Source: Gemmatimonas sp. (GTDB taxonomy: Bacteria; Gemmatimonadota; Gemmatimonadetes; Gemmatimonadales; Gemmatimonadaceae). Taken from it: a DNA stretch of 64,000 nucleotides. The translations under genes and the position numbers were made by a program. The number at the start of each line of letters is the position of its first letter. Position 1 is the first letter of the stretch. Positions 54,593-63,936 of this stretch are shown piece by piece. The stretch lies in assembly GCA_031414535.1 (NCBI GenBank), contig JANNVQ010000055.1, positions 15,592 to 79,591 on the forward strand, in the 5' to 3' direction. The notes beneath the pieces were generated by a model. That model saw nothing but the letters and a program-made list of their open reading frames with translations, was not told the origin of the DNA and did not search any database.

Positions 54593-57500
54593 TTAGAAGC
54601 CGATCTCCACCATGGCCGTCAGCGTACGGAAGACGGGGTACGTGAAGTAGTCCACGCGGTAGGCGAAGGGGTTGCCGCCACCGGGGCCGGATACGTCTGG
54701 GTCATACCCAGAGTAGTTGGTAAAGGTCAGCAGGTTACGGCCGACGAGTCCGAGACGAACCGAGCGACCGGCGAGACCCATACGCTCCGTGGCCAAGGCC
54801 GGCAGCGTGTAGTTGAGCGCCAGTTCGCGCAGACGGATGTACGAGCCGTCTTCCACGAAGAACGTGGACGGGTCAAAGTTGTTGTAGAAGGCCGAGTAGT
54901 AGCCGACCGGCTTCTTCTCGATCTCCGGCTTGCCGCGCTGGTCAATGACCGGGTCGCGGAGGTCGAAGATTGGCCATTGGCGGGTGTAGTTGTAGATCTC
55001 GCCGCCGCTGACCCAATTGATAACGGCGGAGAGCGAAAGGCCCTTCCACGTCATCTGGGTGTTGAAGGCCATCGTGAAGTCCGGATTGACGTCGGCGATC
55101 TGCATCACGTTCTGGCCGGCATCATTCACGAACTTGAGCGGGACTTCCGCGGTCGTGCGGTACTGCGACGTGCGGACGAAGTAGCCTTCTTCGTTGCGGA
55201 CGTAGTTCGTCGCCGGGCCCACGAGGCCACCGTTGGCGATGGTCGCCTCGAGCTCGGCCTGCGTGCGAATCCAGCGCGAGCCATACACCACGCCGAAGGG
55301 CTCGCCGGCCGCGATGCGGAAGATGGCCGTGTTGCCGTCGCCACCGTCCGGTCCCACCAGGAAGGGTCCGACGTTCAGGTCTTCGACGTTCTGGCGCGTG
55401 CGGTCCGCCGCGATGTTGAGGCGCCAGAAGAAATCACGCGTCTGCAGCAGGACGGCGCCGAACGCGACTTCGTGCGTCGTCGCCTTCAGCGAGCCTGCGT
55501 TGGCCCAGGTGTTGTCGGCGCCGGCAACTGACGACACCGGTACATTCAAGATCTGGTCCGTGGTGAGCTTATCTGAGAAGCTGTACTCAAGCGTGAAATT
55601 GCTGAGGAAGTCGATGTTGAAGCCGACTTCCAATTCACGCGACTGCGCCGGACGCAGGTCCGGATTACCGATGGTCACGCGGCGCGGGACACCGCCGACG
55701 AGCACATACTGCTCGTACTGGGCGTCAAACACCGGGCGCAAACCGGCCGTACCGAACGAGCCGCGGAGCTTGAACTCGTCCACGCCGGGAAGCGTGAAGT
55801 CTTCCGAGACGCGGTAGGCGATTGACGCGCGACCGTAGTTGGCCGAACGGGAATCCTTACCGAACAGCGAGGACTGGTCCTGACGAATCAAGCCGTCAAC
55901 GATGAGCTTCTCCTTCCAATCGAAGGTCGAGATCAGGAAGAGATTGTTGTTGCGGATGTCCTGCGTGAACGAACCCGGGGACACCGGGGAGGTGCTGGGC
56001 GGCACGATGCCCGAGAACTCCGGCACGCGCGGAACCGAGAATCCAGGCGAGAACGCCGAGAGACCGGTGTTGCGCTGGTCTTCATAGACCCAGGCAAACT
56101 TGGTGGTGTTGGTGATGTCGCCGAAGCGGCGGACCGAGGTAGCCGAGGCGCCGAAGTTGTAGGCGCGGGTTTCGCCAGTCGAGATGAAGAGCGAACCGTC
56201 GTCAATGTTGCCAGACGAGCTGGTGAACCCAAGCGGCGTGAAGTTCTTTGCGCGATTGGTACCCGAATCGAAGTTGGCGTTGCCCTCAAGGGTCAGCCAA
56301 TCGAGAACGCGGAAGGTCGCTTTGCCGAAGCCGGTGAAGCGGTTGCGGTCCACCGTGTTGTCGGTGAGGAAGGACGTGTACAGCGGGTTGGAGACGTTGC
56401 CCGTGCGGCCAGGCTGGCGGATGCGCGGGTCGTACTCTTCGCCGCTCGCACCGTCACGGGTGAGGTCCACGTTCGGCTCCAGCATGCGGAGGCCGAAGAA
56501 GGCCGAGCCGGCGCCTTCACCGTCCGTGTTGTCGGAATTGGAGGTGGCGAAGAACGCGCCAGTTTGCAAGTCGAGGCGGTCGTTCACCGCGACGTTGGCG
56601 TTGACGCGGAAGTTCCGGCGGGTGAAGCCATCCACCAAGTTGAGCACGCCCTGGTCACGCGAGTTCTGGAACGAGGCGTTGATGGTGGCGTTGCCGCGGC
56701 GCTGGCCGACCGAGATGTAGTTGGTCATGAACGTGCCCGGCTGGTAGATCTGGCCGAGCTGGTCGAAGTACTCTGGGTACGGATTGTCCGAGATGCCGTC
56801 CGCTTCGGCTACGCGGTTGCCGCCCGAGAGCAGGAACGAACCATCTGGGTTCAGACGGTAGTGGTGCGACAGGTTGTTCGGGATGGAACGCCGAATGCTG
56901 TTCTGGCCGAACTCATTGCGGAACGTCACTTCGGTGCGACCTTCGGAGAGCTGACGTCCGCTCTTGGTGAAGATCTGGATGACGCCGTTGGCGGCGTCAG
57001 AACCGTAGAGCGAGCTCGCGGCTGCACCCTTGATGACTTCGATGCGCTCGATGTCTTCGGAGTTGATGTCGGCGAGGGACACGCGGCTGATGGTTCCGTC
57101 AATGATGATGAGCGGATCCTGACGGCCGGTAAGCGACGTTGCGCCGCGGAGTCGAATCGCCGGGGCAGAGCCTGGCGCGCCCGACACCTGGGCGATGGAG
57201 GCACCCGCCACGCGGCCGGCAAGGCCACCGATGGCACTCGTCGCGGGGACTTCCTTCAGGTCTGCGGCGTCTACGACGCCAACGGAGAAGGCCGTCTTAC
57301 GCGTCGAGATGGCGTCCGAGGTGCCGGTCACGACCATGCGGTCGAGGTTGAGCACGTCGCGGTCGAGATTGAAGTTCGCGGTGCCAGCCCGACCGTTAAT
57401 CGTGATCGTGATGCGCACCGGCTTGTAGCCGACGGCGCGCGCCGATACGACGACGGACTGTCCGTCAGCCACGTTCGCGATAATGCGATAGTTGCCCTGC

Positions 57501-57682
57501 GTGTCCGTGCGCCCGCTGGCGCCTGGAACCGTGGGTAGCTCAACCAACGCATTCTCGAGCGGGCCTGTGCCGGTGGAAACTCGTCCGGTGATGGTGGTCT
57601 GTGCGGCCAATGCACTGCTGCCAAGCAGCAGTGTGGCAAGGGCGAACAAGGTTCGCTTCCAAGTGGGGGTGCGCCGATCCAT
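54593..57682 (-). CDS. SusC/RagA family TonB-dependent receptor
   Basis: Carboxypeptidase-regulatory-like N-domain; IRLRGATSL..PLIIIDG; DIERIEVIKGAAASSLYGSDAANGVIQIFTK; VEDGSYIRLREL; YSGYDPDV; C-terminal Phe. Start at ATG 57682. Confidence 0.95.
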   Translation of the reverse strand: MDRRTPTWKRTLFALATLLLGSSALAAQTTITGRVSTGTGPLENALVELPTVPGASGRTDTQGNYRIIANVADGQSVVVSARAVGYKPVRITITINGRAGTANFNLDRDVLNLDRMVVTGTSDAISTRKTAFSVGVVDAADLKEVPATSAIGGLAGRVAGASIAQVSGAPGSAPAIRLRGATSLTGRQDPLIIIDGTISRVSLADINSEDIERIEVIKGAAASSLYGSDAANGVIQIFTKSGRQLSEGRTEVTFRNEFGQNSIRRSIPNNLSHHYRLNPDGSFLLSGGNRVAEADGISDNPYPEYFDQLGQIYQPGTFMTNYISVGQRRGNATINASFQNSRDQGVLNLVDGFTRRNFRVNANVAVNDRLDLQTGAFFATSNSDNTDGEGAGSAFFGLRMLEPNVDLTRDGASGEEYDPRIRQPGRTGNVSNPLYTSFLTDNTVDRNRFTGFGKATFRVLDWLTLEGNANFDSGTNRAKNFTPLGFTSSSGNIDDGSLFISTGETRAYNFGASATSVRRFGDITNTTKFAWVYEDQRNTGLSAFSPGFSVPRVPEFSGIVPPSTSPVSPGSFTQDIRNNNLFLISTFDWKEKLIVDGLIRQDQSSLFGKDSRSANYGRASIAYRVSEDFTLPGVDEFKLRGSFGTAGLRPVFDAQYEQYVLVGGVPRRVTIGNPDLRPAQSRELEVGFNIDFLSNFTLEYSFSDKLTTDQILNVPVSSVAGADNTWANAGSLKATTHEVAFGAVLLQTRDFFWRLNIAADRTRQNVEDLNVGPFLVGPDGGDGNTAIFRIAAGEPFGVVYGSRWIRTQAELEATIANGGLVGPATNYVRNEEGYFVRTSQYRTTAEVPLKFVNDAGQNVMQIADVNPDFTMAFNTQMTWKGLSLSAVINWVSGGEIYNYTRQWPIFDLRDPVIDQRGKPEIEKKPVGYYSAFYNNFDPSTFFVEDGSYIRLRELALNYTLPALATERMGLAGRSVRLGLVGRNLLTFTNYSGYDPDVSGPGGGNPFAYRVDYFTYPVFRTLTAMVEIGF

Positions 57683-57901
57683 ACGGAGGGCCGCTCCTAG
57701 TGAAGGGTGGGATCTACTGCTGGCACTGCAAACAGCGGGCACAAACGGGGGAAACTCTGGGCGTCTGTGCGAGCGAGCAACAATGAGGTAAATAGGATGC
57801 GACCGCAAGAGTAAACTTCAACAAAAGCGCGACAAGGTCCAGTTCGTCCCAGCGCACTTGCGGGGGTACAACCTCGGGGACAACATCCATCTCTACCTAG
57901 A

Positions 57902-58753
57902 ATGGCCCCACTTCTGTCACTTTCCTCTCGAGCGGTCCTCACCTCCGCCTTCCTGTTGCTGGGTTCAGCCGCAGAGGCGCAGCGCGTGCCAGACCGTTCT
58001 GCCCTGCCCGCGGCCCCACAAGGTCCGCCCCCGCCGGCGCGCTTTTACGGCACGGTCCGCGACGCCTCGACCCAGCTGCCGATTGCCGGCGCGCGGCTCT
58101 CGTCGCCCAGCGTCACGGGCGTAACCGTCACCGATTCGGCGGGACGCTTTGACGTTCGCAACGTCCCGTCGGGTCTTGTTCGGTTTTTTGTGGTGGCCAC
58201 ACACTTCCCGCGAGCGAATGTCGTGTTGGCCTTCGCCGCCGGCGAGGAAATGGAGCGGGTGCTCGAACTCGATTCCTCGACCGTCGCGGCCGAGCCCGAA
58301 CCGCAGGCCCGCCCGATTCCTCAGGTGACCGTGGAGGCCACGCCGCTGGCTCCCCTCTGGATTCGCGACTTCGAACGCCGCCGCGGCACTGGGCGCGGCC
58401 AGTACGTGACCCGGGAGGAGATTGAGGCCCGCAATTACAATCGCCTCAGCGATGTGATGCAGGTGATGCGCGGCGTGACGCTCGATTGCGGCGGTGGCGG
58501 ATCAGGCTGCCAGGTGCGGATGGTGCGCGCACCGATGCAGTGCTATCCCGAGTACTGGGTGGACGGACAGCTCAATAACGCCTGGGGACCAGTGATCCCC
58601 GTGCGCGATATCGAGGCAATTGAGGTGTACACCGGCCCCTCAGACACGCCCGGGGAGTTTGCTGGACGTAATGCGGGCTGTGGAACCGTGGTCATCTGGA
58701 CACGCGGCGGCCTCACTCCTAGGCCGCCGCGTTCTTCTGGAAACCGACCTTAA
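57902..58753 (+). CDS. Secreted protein with carboxypeptidase-regulatory-like domain and TonB plug-like domain, no beta-barrel
   Basis: GTVRDASTQLPIAGA..TDSAGRF; FERRR..G.G.YVTREEIE; DIEAIEVY.G...P.EF...CGTVVIWTR; only 283 aa. Confidence 0.82.
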   Translation: MAPLLSLSSRAVLTSAFLLLGSAAEAQRVPDRSALPAAPQGPPPPARFYGTVRDASTQLPIAGARLSSPSVTGVTVTDSAGRFDVRNVPSGLVRFFVVATHFPRANVVLAFAAGEEMERVLELDSSTVAAEPEPQARPIPQVTVEATPLAPLWIRDFERRRGTGRGQYVTREEIEARNYNRLSDVMQVMRGVTLDCGGGGSGCQVRMVRAPMQCYPEYWVDGQLNNAWGPVIPVRDIEAIEVYTGPSDTPGEFAGRNAGCGTVVIWTRGGLTPRPPRSSGNRP

Positions 58754-58771
58754 TTTAAGCGCACAATTAAA

Positions 58772-58804
58772 GCAGTATCAGCGCAGTATTAGAGCAGTAT
58801 TGGG
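58772..58804. repeat. Three 11-bp direct repeats with GCAGTAT core
   Basis: GCAGTATCAGC, GCAGTATTAGA, GCAGTATTGGG in the AT-rich gap between convergent genes. Confidence 0.75.
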
Positions 58805-61534
58805 TCAGAACGTGCCGCCGAGTAGCACGGCGTTCAGCACCATGCGGTCCAGGGCGCGCCACCAACCGCGGAACATCGGATCGTTGGTGAACATTACCAC
58901 GTTGCCGCGCCCCACCTTTTCCTGCGCGATGAACGTCGAGCCGCGCAGCAGGCGCTCAGAGTTCTCCGGGAAGACGAAGCCGCCGCGACGGAGCGTACCG
59001 CCTGTGGGGAACACGGCGACGTTGCCGCCGTCCTTGGAGAGCGAGTACACCGTCCCGCCGCCCACGAGCACCGGCATGCGCTGACGCTCCATGCCGAGCG
59101 TCACCCAATTGGTGAGGTCGAGCACCACGTCAAAGTGTGAGCCCGGCAAATCCGCCAACTGTTCGGCGCAGGCATTTGGGCTCGCGGCACTGCGGATGGA
59201 ATCGATAGGCGCGACTTTGGCGCGGCCCGGCTCGTCCTTGTTCTCCTCGCACTCAATGCCACGCACCGACGTGAGGCCAACATCCTCGCGCGTGGCCCAG
59301 CGTGTGGCGCCTCCGAAGGTCACGAGCGCGCCGCCGCCCTCCACCCAACGCTTGAGGTTGGCTCCGTTGCCTGGCACGTTGCCGCTGGGAATGATGATGG
59401 CGGTGTAGGCGGAGAGATTGCCGTTCAGTGCAGCGTTACTGATGGGCGTGAAGCGAATGCCGTAGCGTTGCTCCAGCGACCACCACACCGCGCCGTAGCT
59501 CGTGTGCGAGGTGCCCTCGGCCACCACGGCGATGTTCGGCGTCTTCAAGTCAACTACCACGCCCGAGCCCGTGCCGTACTGCGCCTCGTCCGGGAAGGCC
59601 GTGTTCACGCCGCGGACTTCCACGCCGGAGAGCTTGGCGAGCGAATCGAGTTGCGCGGCGAGCGTGGGCTCGTTGCGCGAGGCGCGCACCACCCAAGTGC
59701 CACGTGGCCAAGTCACGCTGCCCGTCTGGATGGACTGCGCGGCGATGGCGACGCGGAATCCCTGCTGCATCAACTGCGCGGCGAGCTTGGCGCTGTTGTT
59801 GCGATCGTTGCGCCACAGGAATGCGGAGCGTGCGTCGCGGCCTTCGACGATGCCACCGGTGATGGCCACCGGGAGGACTTCGCCGTTCATCCGCGTGCCG
59901 TTCGTGAGCGAGAGCAGGCCGCCATTCACCGGAGCGGCGTCTTCCGTCCAATACGCTTCCACGCCGTAGGCGACGGGCAGGGCCCAAGCGGAGATGTCGT
60001 AGAACTCGTAGCCCTCGGTGTCGTTACCATCGCGCGAGCGCTGCTGGTTGCGCGAGAACTTGTCGAGCTGATTGCGCGCGAAGACGGGATCGAGCTCTGG
60101 GTCAGCTTCGAGCACGGCCTTGGCGACGCGGCCCTGCGGCTGGGCGAGATCCACCACGTACGAGCCTGCGGGGAAGGAGCGGGCGCGCGTGCCATCTTCC
60201 GTGTAGCTCGAAGCGCGCGCGGAGTTGAACGCGGCCGTTGTGCGCGTGACTTCCACGCCGGCGCGCAGGAGCGCTGCGGCAAGTTCCGCTGCGCGCACCG
60301 GGTCTGAGCCCGGCACAAATACTACGCGCTTCATCGTGCCGTTGCGGCCGTCGGTCACGGCGCGTGCACGGAAGCCGGCGTAGTCGCGGACCATCTCGCG
60401 TGCACGCGAGGCGCTCGTCTCGAAGGTCGCGATGGATGCTACGTAGTGCTTGCTGATGCCGTCGCGCAGGGAGAGAAGCGTGCCATCATCCCGCTTCTGC
60501 AGGAGGGCGGGACCACCATCCGTCTCGTAGGTGGTGCCCATCGCACCGTTCAGCGAGGGCCATGAGTCGTAGTAACCTGGGTAATACAGGTCGAAGGCAT
60601 CGCGCACGAAGTAGAGCCAGCCGTAGCGGTCAAAGGCGTCGGCGTTGCCGCGGCCGATAGCCTCGCTCCACTTGTAGGGCCAGCCCGAGATGTTGTTGTT
60701 GATGGGCCGTGCGGCCGGCGCCATGTAGTACGTGGATGTGTACCCATGGAGATCGGCTGTCACCATAGGATGCCAACGCAGCATCCCACCGACGATGTTC
60801 TGCACTTCACGCTGCGTCATCGCCATCAGGTCGCGGTTCATGTCGAACCGGTAGTGATTGAAGCGTCCGCGCGTGGCCCAGGGCTGGCCGCTCTGCTGCT
60901 CGAGCGCGTTGCCTTCCGGCGAGCCCACCGCGATGGAGTTGCTCCACACCGCGAAGCGCTCGTGACCATCCGGATTGGAGCTCGGATTGATGATGACAAT
61001 CGCGTTCTTGAGCCGCTCGAGCGTGGCGGGCTCTTCACTCGCGGCGAGGTGATACAGCAACTGCATCGAAGCCTCAAAGCCGGGCACTTCGTCGCCGTGC
61101 ACGGAGCCCGAGAACCAGACCACGGCCGGCGTGCGCGCAATCACCGCGTCAATCTGCGCCTGCGTGGCGCCGCGGGGATCGGCGATGCGGTCCAAGTCAG
61201 CGCGAATGGCATCTAGGCGCGCGATGTTCTCCGGCGAGCTCACGATGTAGATGCGCATCGTGCGGCGCTCGCTGCTCATGCCGATCTCTTCGACCCGGAC
61301 GCGGTCCCTGGCCGACTCAGCGATGGCCAGCAGCACGCGTTCCTGCAGGTGGTATTGCGTGTGCGAGCTACCGACGTTGTAGCCGAGGATGGACTCGGGG
61401 CGGGGAATGCCTTGGCGGTAGGGCCCCTTGTCGTAGAACGAGAAGCGAGCGTCGTCGCGGAGGGGGTTGTCCCAGGGATGCTGGGCGGCCAAGGAGGACG
61501 AGACGAGAAGGAGCGCGGCGAGGAGTAGACGCAT
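58805..61534 (-). CDS. Secreted M14 family zinc carboxypeptidase with C-terminal GATase-like domain
   Basis: Signal peptide; SVHGDE (HxxE), NPDGHER, NHYRFDMNRD, DLHG, FYDISAWALP, DPMFRGWW. Start at ATG 61534. Confidence 0.9.
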   Translation of the reverse strand: MRLLLAALLLVSSSLAAQHPWDNPLRDDARFSFYDKGPYRQGIPRPESILGYNVGSSHTQYHLQERVLLAIAESARDRVRVEEIGMSSERRTMRIYIVSSPENIARLDAIRADLDRIADPRGATQAQIDAVIARTPAVVWFSGSVHGDEVPGFEASMQLLYHLAASEEPATLERLKNAIVIINPSSNPDGHERFAVWSNSIAVGSPEGNALEQQSGQPWATRGRFNHYRFDMNRDLMAMTQREVQNIVGGMLRWHPMVTADLHGYTSTYYMAPAARPINNNISGWPYKWSEAIGRGNADAFDRYGWLYFVRDAFDLYYPGYYDSWPSLNGAMGTTYETDGGPALLQKRDDGTLLSLRDGISKHYVASIATFETSASRAREMVRDYAGFRARAVTDGRNGTMKRVVFVPGSDPVRAAELAAALLRAGVEVTRTTAAFNSARASSYTEDGTRARSFPAGSYVVDLAQPQGRVAKAVLEADPELDPVFARNQLDKFSRNQQRSRDGNDTEGYEFYDISAWALPVAYGVEAYWTEDAAPVNGGLLSLTNGTRMNGEVLPVAITGGIVEGRDARSAFLWRNDRNNSAKLAAQLMQQGFRVAIAAQSIQTGSVTWPRGTWVVRASRNEPTLAAQLDSLAKLSGVEVRGVNTAFPDEAQYGTGSGVVVDLKTPNIAVVAEGTSHTSYGAVWWSLEQRYGIRFTPISNAALNGNLSAYTAIIIPSGNVPGNGANLKRWVEGGGALVTFGGATRWATREDVGLTSVRGIECEENKDEPGRAKVAPIDSIRSAASPNACAEQLADLPGSHFDVVLDLTNWVTLGMERQRMPVLVGGGTVYSLSKDGGNVAVFPTGGTLRRGGFVFPENSERLLRGSTFIAQEKVGRGNVVMFTNDPMFRGWWRALDRMVLNAVLLGGTF

Positions 61535-61542
61535 AAGAGGAA

Positions 61543-61759
61543 CGAGGAGCGAAGAGCGACAAAGGAAAAGCGAGGACGGGAAGAGCGAGGGACGAAGGTG
61601 CCAAGGTCTGAGGGGGAAGACCCGAATTTTGCATCGGAAAGGTACGGCACGTGGGCACCGTACACCACACACTCTTCCCCTTCTTCCCCCTCTTGCCTTC
61701 GTGTCTTCACTCCTCGCTCTTCTATACCTCGATTTTCCCTTGTCGCTCTTCGCTCCTCG
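61543..61759. repeat. Long inverted repeat built from purine-rich heptamers (family 3)
   Basis: 78-bp arms 61543-61620 / 61682-61759; outer 20 bp perfectly complementary (CGAGGAGCGAAGAGCGACAA); units GAGGAGC/GAAGAGC. Confidence 0.88.
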
Positions 61760-61766
61760 CTCTTCG

Positions 61767-63749
61767 TCAGAACTCGATCTGCGTCCCGAGCTCCACAACT
61801 CGATTGGGCGGCAGCTGAAAGTACTCCGTGGCGCTGCGGGCATTTCGCGACATCACGGCGAAGATCTTTTTGCGCACGATGTTCATGGACAACCCGCCCT
61901 TCTTCCACGGGCCGCTGCGCGGAATCAACTGCTCACGACCCAAGTAGTAGCTGGTATCCAACGGACGCGCAGCGATGCCGGCATCGCGGCAGCGTTGAAG
62001 GATTTCTTTCACGTCCGGACTCTCCATGAAGCCGTAGGTGCCGATGACGCGGAAGAAGCCGTGGCCCAGCGCCTCGATGCTCACGCGCTCGTGTCGCTGC
62101 GTCTCGGGGAAGTCGGCGGTGCGAACGGACATGAGAATCACGGTCTCGTGCAGCACCTTGTTGTGCTTGAGGTGGTGCAGCAGCACCACCGGTACACCGA
62201 GGACCTCGGAGGTCATGAACACGGCGGTGCCCGGCACGCGGGTGCGCGGGTGGCTGCCGATGTCGTCCAGGAATTGGTCCATCGGCAGCGAGATGTCGGT
62301 CATGCGCTCGCTGAGGATGAGGCGTCCGCGCTTCCAGGTAGTCATCAGCGTGAAGATGGCGATGGCCACGACGACGGGTACCCAACCCCCGTGGACGAAC
62401 TTGGAGGCGCTGGCGCTGAAGAGCACGAGATCGATCATGCCGAAAACGCCGAGGAACGCGAGCACCTTCCACGTCGGCCAATGCCAGCGGCGCAGGGCGA
62501 TGATGCTGTAGAGCACCGTGCTGAGCACGAAGGTGCCAGTGACCGCGATGCCGTAGGCGGCACCCAGCGCCTCGGAACTACGGAAGCTGAAGACGATGAG
62601 CAGGCAACCCACCGCCAGTGCGGCGTTCACCTCGGGGATGTAGATCTGTCCGAATTCCTTGGCCGAGGTGTGCGTGATGGTCATGCGCGGCGAATAGCCA
62701 AGCTGGACGCACTGCTGCGTGATGGAGAATGCCCCCGAAATCATCGCTTGCGAAGCGATGACGGTCGCCATGGTGGCTAGCGCGACCATCGGGTATAGCA
62801 GGGCCCGCGGCGCGAGGAGGAAGAACGGATTCTCGATTGCCGTGGGGTCCGTCAGTAGCAGGGCCCCTTGGCCGAAATAGTTGATCAAGAGCGCCGGCAA
62901 GGCGACGCCAAGCCAGGCCACGCGGATAGGACGTTTGCCGAAGTGGCCCATGTCGGCGTAGAGCGCTTCGCCACCGGTGACGACGAGCACGACCGCACCC
63001 ATGAGAAAGAAGCCGGCCACCCCCACATCCTGAAAGAAGCGCACGGCGTACAAGGGATTCACGGCCGCGAGCACGCCCGGATGCTTGGCGATTGCAGGAA
63101 CGCCCAGTGCGGCGATGACGATGAACCAGAGCAGCGTGATGGGGCCGAAGAACTGACCGACCCGGTGCGTGCCGTAGCGCTGCGCGAGGAAGAGGCCGAT
63201 GAGGACGATGCTCGCCAAGGGTACCACCGCCGAGTGGAACGCCGGGGAGACCAACTCGAGCCCCTCCATCGCTGAGAGCACGGAGATGGCCGGGGTGATC
63301 ATGCCGTCGCCGTACAGCAGGGCAGCGCCCATCAGCCCCAGTGCGATGACCAGAAAGCGGTTAGATCCTTTGGTCGGTTCCTTCTGCAGGATGAGGGCGA
63401 GCATGGCGAGAATGCCGCCTTCGCCGCGGTTGTCCGCGCGCAGGATGAACACGATGTACTTCACCGTGATCACGAGCACGAAGGCCCAGAAGACCAGCGA
63501 GAGGACGCCGAGCACGTGCTCAGGCGTGGGGCTGATGCCATACTTGACGCTGAAGACCTCGCGCAGCGCGTACAGCGGCGAGGTGCCGATGTCCCCATAG
63601 ACGACGCCGAGCGCGCCGAGGGAGAGCACGGCGAGGCGTCTCCCCGTGGGGTGCGCCTCCACATGTTGCCGTTCAGGTGGCCGATACTCGGCAGTCATCC
63701 TCACCGAGGGTTTCGGTGTGGGTGTCGCCCCGGAATTTTCGTCCGACAT
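61767..63749 (-). CDS. kup: Potassium transporter Kup
   Basis: LGVVYGDIGTSPLYA, RADNRGEGG, GDGMITPAISVLSA, TGGEALYADMGHFG, GQIYIPEVN, HNKVLHE, RVVELGTQIEF. Start 63749 or 63764. Confidence 0.97.
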   Translation of the reverse strand: MSDENSGATPTPKPSVRMTAEYRPPERQHVEAHPTGRRLAVLSLGALGVVYGDIGTSPLYALREVFSVKYGISPTPEHVLGVLSLVFWAFVLVITVKYIVFILRADNRGEGGILAMLALILQKEPTKGSNRFLVIALGLMGAALLYGDGMITPAISVLSAMEGLELVSPAFHSAVVPLASIVLIGLFLAQRYGTHRVGQFFGPITLLWFIVIAALGVPAIAKHPGVLAAVNPLYAVRFFQDVGVAGFFLMGAVVLVVTGGEALYADMGHFGKRPIRVAWLGVALPALLINYFGQGALLLTDPTAIENPFFLLAPRALLYPMVALATMATVIASQAMISGAFSITQQCVQLGYSPRMTITHTSAKEFGQIYIPEVNAALAVGCLLIVFSFRSSEALGAAYGIAVTGTFVLSTVLYSIIALRRWHWPTWKVLAFLGVFGMIDLVLFSASASKFVHGGWVPVVVAIAIFTLMTTWKRGRLILSERMTDISLPMDQFLDDIGSHPRTRVPGTAVFMTSEVLGVPVVLLHHLKHNKVLHETVILMSVRTADFPETQRHERVSIEALGHGFFRVIGTYGFMESPDVKEILQRCRDAGIAARPLDTSYYLGREQLIPRSGPWKKGGLSMNIVRKKIFAVMSRNARSATEYFQLPPNRVVELGTQIEF

Positions 63750-63876
63750 ATCTCGAGGGGCCATTGGTGCGCCCCGATGTTTGCAGCAAGGTGGGCGCGC
63801 CGATCGTCGGCGCGCGCCGCGACGTGGGCTGCCCACATCGCGAGGATGAATGTAGTGAGTACTCCCAAGGACGAAA

Positions 63877-63909
63877 GAGAGGGCGCCGCGAAAAACGCGG
63901 CGCCCGCTC
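63877..63909 (-). terminator. Terminator-like hairpin upstream of kup
   Basis: Minus strand GAGCGGGCGCCGCG-TTTTT-CGCGGCGCCCTCTC followed by TTTCGT. Confidence 0.65.
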
Positions 63910-63936
63910 GTAAATACATATAAAGCAATGAATTAG
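63909..63936. promoter_or_regulatory. Third TAA-N19-TTA box
   Basis: CGTAAATACATATAAAGCAATGAATTAG; 17/28 identical to the box at 44976-45003 by manual alignment. Confidence 0.5.

Noticed and set aside
58750..58770. Possible dif site
   Set aside because: AT-rich palindrome, but no match to the XerD arm TTATGTTAAAT.
63750..63900. c-di-AMP (ydaO) riboswitch before kup
   Set aside because: I could not find the conserved GCTGAATCC, GGAGGAACC or CCGTCAGCTAA segments.
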